The notes beneath the pieces are model-generated. The model was given only the letters and a program-made list of their open reading frames with translations, ran no database searches and had not been told where the DNA came from. Shown here in pieces: positions 55,801 through 64,000 of a stretch of 64,000 bases of DNA. Numbering within the stretch: position 1 is the stretch's first letter; each line of letters starts with the position of its first letter. Made by a program: the position numbers and the translations under genes. The stretch comes from Takakia lepidozioides. Lineage: Eukaryota > Plantae > Bryophyta. The stretch spans positions 28,210,001 through 28,274,000 of the forward strand of contig CM060733.1 in NCBI GenBank assembly GCA_030704615.1, read 5' to 3'.

Positions 55801-56998
55801 GGATTTCTACAATCTTTGATCATGTGACCATCTTGCAATAAAAGCACCTAACTTTGAACTTTTTGATCTTTGAGCTAGATTAGGTTTCTGAAACCTCTAT
55901 GACTTCTGAGACACATGTGAAATGAGTCTTCTATTCAAGCATACTCCAATCTTGCCTATGAACAAAACTATGTCTACCTCTGTAAACGTACCTAGACATT
56001 TTCTTCTTGTTTCCTCCTTGAGGAGAAGTCCTATGACAAACATCAATAGTTAAGTTGGTTTATCCTGCTAGAGACACCACAAAACCATCATGGGATTTAG
56101 GTAAGGTTGCCAATAACACCACAGCGGCGTGTTCATCAGTCACAATAATTCCCACAGAGATTAGTTGATTTCGCAACATACAAAACAAATTCAAGTGTTG
56201 TTTAACTGAGTCTAACTCGGCCTCGACTCGGCCATCTTCAGACCATAAAACTTTTGCGTTGCATACACCTACGATGTGACAACTTTTGTCTCATATATGC
56301 TTGCTAGCTTGTCCCAAACATTCTTAGCATTCTTAGCATTCTTAGCACTTATAATGAGATGCAACTGATTGTCTTTCAAGCCTGTGATGATGCTAGCTCT
56401 TGCTTTCTGATCTTTCCTATCCCATATGGCTTGGCCAACAATAGTGTCAGGTCTTGGGACTGATCCATAAACCACTCCCCATAGATCTTTGTCTCGAAGA
56501 ACCATCTCATCCTAACCTTCCAGGTTTGATAGTTAGCTCTATTGAATCGATCTTCCAATCTCACAACAAATGCATTCGTCATAGACATATGAAGAGGATT
56601 GCTAGAAGACGATACTCCAGCCATGATAAGTTCTCTCAATCTCAACTACCAACTCTCACCTAGAGAAGAATGGCTCTGATACCATGGTAGAATGATAGCA
56701 ACAAAGACTAGAAAGAATAAGCTAAAATACAGCTCTCTTCCCAACCATAGAAACCACTATCATTCTCTTACACTTCGACTAGTGGCTTCACCCCCGAGCT
56801 TGTACAAGAAGGTCTCTAGAAAGTTTACTAGATCATCTCTATGATCTATTTGATCACCTCCACTTTCTACTATGGTGACCATGTACTTTCTAGCCATTCA
56901 CCTTCCAATGGTGAGTTAAACAAGGTAGTTTCTTAGACTTCTACACCTTTAGCCTTCTAGACTCTTAGTCTTCTAGATATGTTTGATTAATTCCAACA
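52840..56998 (-). mobile_element. Degenerate Ty1/copia LTR retrotransposon
   Basis: LTRs ~52840-53149 and 56685-56998 (TG..CA, clearly diverged). PBS TGGTATCAGAGCC (tRNA-iMet) at 56672-56684; degenerate PPT at 53150-53160. Frameshifted gag (NYQTWKVRM), protease (YVDSGISQHM), GAG-pre-integrase (LWHRMLGH), RT (KWIFKLK, HQMNVKTTFL) and RNase H (RTKYIEMQHHYIRE). No TSD recognised. Confidence 0.95.
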
Positions 56999-57432
56999 TG
57001 GACTAAGTTACTTTTAGCTATGTTGCTCATGGTTAACATGGGCGATTATGAAAGTGCATTTACCTCCCGCTTGCTCCCACTTCATCCCCATTCATTCCAT
57101 CATCCATCCAAGAAAGGAAAACTGAATTTGGGCAAAAACCATGATCAAACAAGTGAGCAATTACAGGCAACCTGAACACACAGTCACGGACACACGGCAG
57201 TATTTGCGGAAAAAGAATACCAAAATGGCGGGAGCTGAAATCCCTGCTTCATCCATATTTTAGATCAGGGGCAATCAGACCACACAATGGTGTGTCCACT
57301 ATCGTTGATGAAAATATGAAACCTGGGCAGATTTCGCCAAGGTATCGTTAAAAAAAAAGGGGGGGAGCTCAAAAATGGCTAAAGGGTTAATGACATGCAC
57401 GGTGGAGGAATAACCTACACTGTGTCATTCAG

Positions 57433-60400
57433 TCATTCATTCAGCAAACTTGACTGCGACTCAAAAAACTGGAGTTCTGCTACAAAAGAAGCCACGTTCT
57501 TGTGGGAAGAGCCGCCGGGTCCTACAGCATTTCGTACTACGACACTCAGATTATTTACATTTTTCCTCAACATCTCTCCTCTCTCATCTTCCATCAGAAG
57601 CCTCACGGCCCTCTCTACCTCCTCCTTGCCAACCACCCCATCCAATCCCTCGTGGACCCCAACAGCAACTTTAAGTACGTCGACGACAAACGTTTTGTTG
57701 AGGAATTGCTCGGCATCCATCGGCCAACCTATAATGGGCACGGCCATGCAAATGCTCTCCACTGTGGAATTCCACCCACAGTGAGTCAGAAAACCTCCAA
57801 CCGCAGGATGGGCAAGGATATGCAACTGTGGTGCCCATGCAGAGAACACCAATCCTCGCTTCTTGGTCCTCTCCATGAAACCTTCGGGGAGGAAGGCAGA
57901 GATGTGGGGGACTGAGTCACCTTCACTACCTTTTGGAAATCTTAGAACCCAAAGAAAATGTTGCCCGCTCATCTCAAGCCCGAGAGCTAGTTCCTGGATC
58001 TGTGCCGGAGAGAGAGTAGCTATGCTTCCAAAGGCGATATACAGAACGGATGAGGTTGGTTGTGTGTTTAACCAGTCTATGCACTCATGCTTGTCTGAAC
58101 TCGCTTGCGATTGGTTGTTGAAGTCCTTTATGCCATTTAGCAGTGTGGGTCCCACTGTCAAGATGCGCGGCACCTGCATACAACAGGCTAATATCATGTA
58201 AATGATATTCAGTAATGTATCATGTATATATCTATATACCTAGCTTTCATACTCGTTGGAGAGCTCTGTAAAGATGCTTCTTCTGACATCATGTCACGAA
58301 TCGACAAACCGCCTTGCCTGACCAAGGTCTATATAGCTGACAGATTGTCATCGCATATTTACACAAGCTAAGGTTTAGTATTGTAGTCAGTGGAGATAAT
58401 TATTCGTTAGCTTGAGCCAGAGCTATCACCTAGCAATATTTTCTCTCTCGTACATCTCTCTTTTGAATCTGTCGCATAATAGAGTAGTTGGTCAGAGACC
58501 TCTCGAATTTTCCTCTCCCTGAGTTTAGGACCCTTCCGTGGTGGATGTTGGAGGATCTTTGGGGAGCGTAGAATTCTGCAGAGCCCTCAGTCACAACACC
58601 TCGTGGCTGTAGCGGTGATGAATTTCGGTCTTCCAGATCTATCATGTTCAAAACTATTGGAGAAGTCAAGTGTCAGGGTATCCTAGTTTAAGTCAGTTCC
58701 AACTCTGCCCTGCAATGTCCGTGCAAAAAACGTCGAGACACTGACCTGAGTCGTGTTCGAGCCACGGCCAAGTACATCTGGAAGCCCTTCGATGACGGCA
58801 GAATCCATTTCGTAAACACCATCCACAAGAAACCCAGCAGCTTCCCACAAACTGTTTATCGTGACCGACCAAAATTCGCTCATCGGATTCTCCAGCCGCA
58901 GAGTTGAAGGCAGGTCGCTAGGTTTGATGGGAGGAAACCCCGGGATGATAAATGGAGTCTGGTCAGCTGACGTGACAGGAACTCGACCTTGTGCAACGAA
59001 AGAGCGTAAGTGGCAACACAGGGAAAGAAAATGTGTTGATGGAAACACACAATATCTCGGAATTGAATACTTGGTTGCTGTAACCTGCCATAATTCAAGT
59101 TCCGTCACTCGTGAGATGTATGTCCGGCCTAAATATCTAAACAACTGACATCTGCAAGCTGAGGCTTGCAGAAGCAACAGTCACGTATGGTCGACAGCTT
59201 TCGGCTCCCCAAATACACACTAACTAGCCGGTAACCCTTTCGGATAGCTGAGCGCCTTCCAACCTTGTGCCCTTACCAACTGGGCCACTTAGTAAATTGC
59301 ACACAATGTTGCTGATCTATATAGCCATTACATCTTGTTAGCATTTTGGCTGAGAGACGGCGAGGACCTGCAAAACACTTACTAGCTAGGTGTGCACTAC
59401 AGTCCGCCCTCCATATGTGTTAATCTTTGGGAGTAAGAAAAACTGTAACACTTTAAGGATTGTAACACTTTAACAGATACAAATTTAGGATCAATGAAAA
59501 GTAACATTTCTAAGGTCATTTATTTTTTATTTATTTTTTAAAAAGAAAAAGAAAAAGAAAAAGAGGAAACACCTGGGTGCGATAGCTCACAAATCAGGCC
59601 CCTTGATAGTGAGAGGAGAAAATAACCTCTATCACAGTAACCGCGCCATAGAGGCTGAGAAGAGTACACCACACCCGCAAGTAGCAGGTTTTGACCCCAA
59701 AATCGTCTGGGTGGCACCCAGTGCACCTAACCATTAACTGAGCTCTTTCATGGGGAGCCCTAAAAAAAGTTCACGTTAGTAGAACTATTAGAAAGGAAAA
59801 ATCGCCATCACGGCTGATGATCTAGAGGCAGTGAAAGAAAGATTATATGAGGGTTTGATGTGAATGTGACATAACTTGAGTGGATAAGAGCACTTTAACA
59901 CATACACATGGTCATTATACAAAGAGGGGAGTAACCAGTGTTTAACAGTTAAACACTTAACACTTGCTTAGTTCACCCAAGTAGGGAGTAAGAATTCTGC
60001 TAACACATATACTTTTTTAACGCTTATGGAGGTCACAGATATGGAGGGCCGACTGTAGTGTGAAATATGATGGACACGCGAAACTTACAAATCAAAACTC
60101 TCTTGAACACTGCAAGGAACTCATACCTGAGTCCAACCCATGAACATGTCGGAGATGATGCATGCAGGAGGACCTACGAGGGTAGCCGTGGGAGGGTTCA
60201 CCAGTGACCTTATGAGTTCTTCAAAGGATCCTTTTATGGTGGGTGATGACGTTGCCATCCTCAGGCCAAGAAATGACGCGCCATATAAAGTTGCATATTC
60301 TGTAGGAAACTTAATAGCTACCAAATGTATACTGTGGCTGAATGCAAAATCGGCGTCATCGGTCAGGGCTTGTTTCGCGCTGGAAAGATGAGGGGTCGTG

Positions 60401-60537
60401 ATCACAAAGGTGACAGTGACGCCATTGCTAGCCAAGATCTTCGACAATTGCACGAATCGGCCAATGTGGCCTGGCGCTGGAAAGGGGAAGGCAACCACAT
60501 GAGGTCCTGGATGGAGTTTAGATGCCTCAACCACCAT
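57433..60537 (-). CDS. Family-1 UDP-glycosyltransferase, 3 exons, ~496 aa, apparently intact
   Basis: Exons 60127-60537, 58746-59084, 57433-58173, all phase 0. PFPAPGHI (catalytic His), CIISDMF, and PSPG box WAPQLHILAHPAVGGFLTHCGWNSTVESICMAVPIIGWPMDAEQ. Confidence 0.95.
59400..60055. mobile_element. Tc1/mariner-type non-autonomous element in UGT intron 1
   Basis: TA|cagtccgccctccatat ... atatggagggccgactg|TA (1 mismatch in 17 bp). The empty site reconstructs as the palindrome cacTAgtg. Confidence 0.8.
59519..59750 (-). mobile_element. tRNA-derived SINE-like element nested in the MITE
   Basis: Minus strand: A-box-like AGCTCAGTTAATGG, stem-loop CTGGG-TGCCA-CCCAG, degenerate B box GGTCAAAACC, body shared with 35083-35144, then T/A-rich tail. 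Confidence 0.65.
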
Positions 60538-61455
60538 GTCGCCAAGGACGGTGTCTTAGAACAGATTCTGCAGAAACCCGAAAAAGTTCCCATCAGTAAT
60601 GACAGAGACACTACTCAGGTTGAGTGGGAGAGATCATAGTCCTAACCAGGCACATATTTCCAAATCCTCTTAAATTCCATCTAGACTTGCTTATGTGCGT
60701 AACGTATGAGTCAGACCTCGTCCACTGATGGTGACATTGGCACTCTAAATCCTTTAACAGCATTTGAAAACAACATGGACCCAATTTCAGCCCATTTGGT
60801 CCTTTCCTTCTGTACAGAAAGTCTTCATTCCAATTGCAACATTACCATGAAGATTCACAGTCCGACAGTGACATCTTAACCATAGTCACCGTGATGCTTC
60901 AGTGAAGAAAATAGGCCCTGGAAGAAAATTATCGTTGTCGCGGAAGCAACGTGCAGTATGGAGGGTGAAGTGTGCAGGCTGAAAAAGAGTTGAGTTGGAT
61001 TGTCCTACCTCAAAGCAGGCCGACTGCGTAAGCAGAGCAGATGCTGTTGGCCTGTAGTAGGAGCACGCGGCAAGAGGATCGCCGCGGAAGGCTGGCCCTG
61101 TCCAATTCCACGAGCTGCCTGCAGCTCACGAAGCGAAGAGAAAAAGGAAATGAACACTCACATCACCGCCAGACCTCAAAGTGCTTCAGCTCAACTCGGG
61201 TCTATGTCCAACATACCCTTACTCGGGGGTGCTCAAGGGTCCCACGCATCCACTGCGCACACCCCACTCGTCACTTGGACTATACACATATTTTAGATCT
61301 AACTCAGTAACACAGTACATGTACTGTGTAGTTAAGTGTAGGGTAAGCCTCCGAGTTGGAGGGGATTACCGGAATGAGCCGGCGAGTGTAGGTAATCCCC
61401 GACACGAGGAGGCTTACCGTGCGTGAAGAACGCGCAGGGAACGCTGCAATGCACG

Positions 61456-61670
61456 CGCCAGGCTGGCCAGTGAGTTACACGATCCTATAATCTACCCGCC
61501 AGGCTGTCGAGTGAGTTACAAGATCCTGTAATCTACCCGCCAGGCTGTCGAGTGAGTTACACGATCCTGTAATCTACCCGCCAGGCTGTCGAGTGAGTTA
61601 CAAGATCCTGTAATCTACCCGCCAGGCTGTCGAGTGAGTTACACGATCCTGTAGTCTACCCGCCAGGCTG
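61456..61670. repeat. 41-bp minisatellite, about 5.2 copies
   Basis: Unit cgccaggctgtcgagtgagttaca(c/a)gatcctgtaatctacc starts at 61456, 61497, 61538, 61579 and 61620. Confidence 0.95.
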
Positions 61671-62492
61671 GGGCGTAAAGTTCTTTAATGGCTTGTAACG
61701 GAAGACGATCAGTCTGTCCTCGCCGCTCGGAGATGTAATTGAGTTCACGAGATCTCTTCCTCCTCCACAATGCCGAGGTCACTGCGTGTCAGCTTTGTAA
61801 CGAGCGTAAAGAACTTTCAGCTTTTTGGCTTGGCTTTTAGCACATGTATCCTGCTGGCACTGTACACTTCGCCAAGCATTAGATGGGGCCCTGGAGTTGA
61901 ATGCGAGGGGCCCGGTTCCGCCAGCGTGGAACCCCCCCACCCCACGCCCACCCCCCGCTCCAACGCCCGCACACCGCGCGGCTGCTGCCGCGCGGCACGC
62001 CCTCCCGCGCCTCATGTTCCTGCTGCCAGGACATGAGACGTGCCCTCTCCCGCATCCCCATCCCTCCTCCCATCCTGCCCTCATGCATGGCATCGCCCTC
62101 CATCCCCATGCATGCCTTCATCCTCCCCATGCTACATGGCATCCCAAGCATACATCATGCCCTCTTTCAAAAATCATTCTGACATCTATTCAAATTTCAA
62201 ATGGCAAATCTGAAGAAAGAATGGACGTTGGGATATATGTCACATCGTCACATACACTCCAACCCTAATCCAAGGTTCTGCTATCCTCATCGTGCATTTT
62301 CTTGTAGAGTAGTTCTCTCCATGCCTTCCAAACGCGTCCCCACCTTGGCACTCTGCGTTCACCTTCCATACTGAATTGTGTTTGTATAATGTTGCCCACA
62401 TGAACATGTTGCATTGCATTGTAAGTTGCGTGTGGATGTCTGGGCCACATGAAGAAGTTTGGGCTTGCATAGGGTCCAATTTGTTGTCTGAT

Positions 62493-63770
62493 CACTAGAG
62501 GAAAAACGCGGAATAACCACTAGCCCTTTAACCACTACTGTCTTTTTCCACTCTATAAACCACTAGTAACCACTTGCCAGTGGTTAATCCCAATGAAATG
62601 CCACGGTGGCATCACATACATTGGTTGGAAGTGGTTTCAACCACTCGGTAGTCCACGTGTAATAATTTGTTTTTATTTATTATTATTTATTTGGTAATAC
62701 ATTTTAATTAATATAATATAATATTCCACGTGGACGAGTGCAGTGGTACATTGTGAGTGGTTATAGACACCTCGGTGACGGGAAGTGGTTGAAACCACTT
62801 GCTACTCCACGTGTAATAATTCAAATTTTATTTGTGATTTATGATTTTGAAATATATTTTAATTAATAAATATAATATTCCTTGTGGACGGGGACAGTGC
62901 ACATTGATCTTGAGTGGTTAACGACACCTCATTGATTTGTACCACTTTGACAGTGGTAGAGAGTGGGTGGTGAAAGACAATGCAGTAATTGAAACCACTA
63001 TTCTAGTTGTCGCTCATGAGTGGTTGCCTACGCAACAGTGATTGGTACCACTTTTTGGGTGATACATGAAAAAATTTAAGTGGTTTGTGCAGCTGTGACA
63101 GACTTTGAAAAACAGACAAGTGGCCAGATCATTGTGGGATGATGCTATTGAACAAATGGTTCCAACAATAAACTTTCTTCTGAATTTGAAACATATTCGT
63201 CACCCTCTGAATCACTTTGCTCAACTGGAATAGCAGTTGGTTGCACAAATGCCGCTTGAATGGTAGCCAACATAGCCAAGTCTTCTTTATTTAGAGCCGT
63301 GGCACCATCTAATGACCTAGGTATTGGCTGATCTGATAAGGTAGACGGTGCCTGAAGGCCATCGAAATCTGCATTTTTTCCAATGTCACATTGATCTATG
63401 TCCGCCACAATCTTTTTTGCTCTTGGATCCTTCCGAAGGACTACCTTCCACTCCGAACTTGGGGACTCATCCGAAAAGAACATCTGTTCAACTTGAGATG
63501 GAAAGATGAACAGCTGATCATTGGCGGGTAACATCCTCCCAAAATTCGCAAGTAGAAACCATACGAATCCCGCTTCATTGTAGCATTTTGTCCAACGAGG
63601 TTGGCCCTCATCCAAGCACAACGAAATACAATGGGGTGCACTCGTCCATAATCCAATTTCAAGATCTCTTTGATGACCCCAACGTACTCTAATGGTGACA
63701 TGACTGAATTTCTATCACGCACACTATTTCTGCTCTGTTGCTAGAAGACGGATGCAACTCCGGAATCAAA
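62493..63770 (-). mobile_element. CACTA (En/Spm) transposon 3' end with frameshifted transposase C-terminus (DUF4216-like)
   Basis: Terminus CACTAGAGGAAAAA at 62493; dense accact/agtggt subterminal repeats including a ~155-bp internal duplication (62627-62935). ORFs YVGVIKEILKLDYG..VFRCAW..RDSYGF and FIFPSQVEQMFFSDE..WKVVL lie in different frames. Confidence 0.9.
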
Positions 63771-63789
63771 AGAGACAAGAAGACGACTC

Positions 63790-64000
63790 TCCGTGTCCAA
63801 CGACACAATGGCGTGAGCGTTGCACGTGAGCGCGCGAGCGTACGCTCACGCAGGAGTGACGTGGCGTGAGCGTACGCTCACGCCAGCTGACGTGGCGTGA
63901 GCCTGCACACATGCTGACGTGGCGTGAGCGTCATGTCAGCATGCTGATGTGGCGGTAAATGATGACGTGGCACTGTCCGTCAACTGCCACGTCAGCATTA
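63790..64000. repeat. GC-rich array of (t)gacgtggc/cgtgagcg motifs, probably the subterminal region of a nested DNA transposon
   Basis: Abruptly replaces transposase-coding sequence; gacgtggc occurs four times on + and once on -. Confidence 0.65.

Noticed and set aside
59680-59750. Functional tRNA gene
   Set aside because: Degenerate B box, no full cloverleaf, and continues into a repeated body and tail, so a SINE head fits better.
59395-60060. CACTA reading of the intronic element (cactacagt...actgtagtg)
   Set aside because: Flanking 3-mers (gtg/tga) do not form a TSD; TA duplication in a palindromic target explains it better.
61456-61670. Regular repeat resembling a CRISPR array
   Set aside because: Units are contiguous with no unique spacers; no cas genes; eukaryotic context.

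Overview
Gene-dense, intron-containing land-plant nuclear DNA, most likely a seed-free plant (an inference from splice-site style and a possible flagellar EF-hand gene; the species cannot be named). The first ~46 kb holds mostly housekeeping genes: a possible EF-hand gene cut by the window edge, an orphan gene, TRM11, a greatly expanded METTL13-like methyltransferase, an EDS5/DTX46-type MATE transporter, CstF-50, a small single-TM protein, plastid RPL15 and a UBC8-type E2. The last ~18 kb is an accessory zone. It holds a membrane-protein remnant, an FAD-monooxygenase pseudogene, a C2HC zinc-finger ORF, an orphan UGT last exon, a degenerate Ty1/copia element and an intact 3-exon UGT with a SINE-inside-MITE in intron 1. 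It ends with a 41-bp tandem array and a CACTA end carrying a nested ABRE-rich insert. I saw no CRISPR array, rRNA or intact tRNA gene, and nothing I can firmly call a new biological system. The best leads are the loop-expanded METTL13-like enzyme, a TTAA-bounded cargo-carrying segment, a two-copy tRNA-derived SINE family and purine-rich 3' splice sites. Exon coordinates were read by eye and may be off by a few bases.
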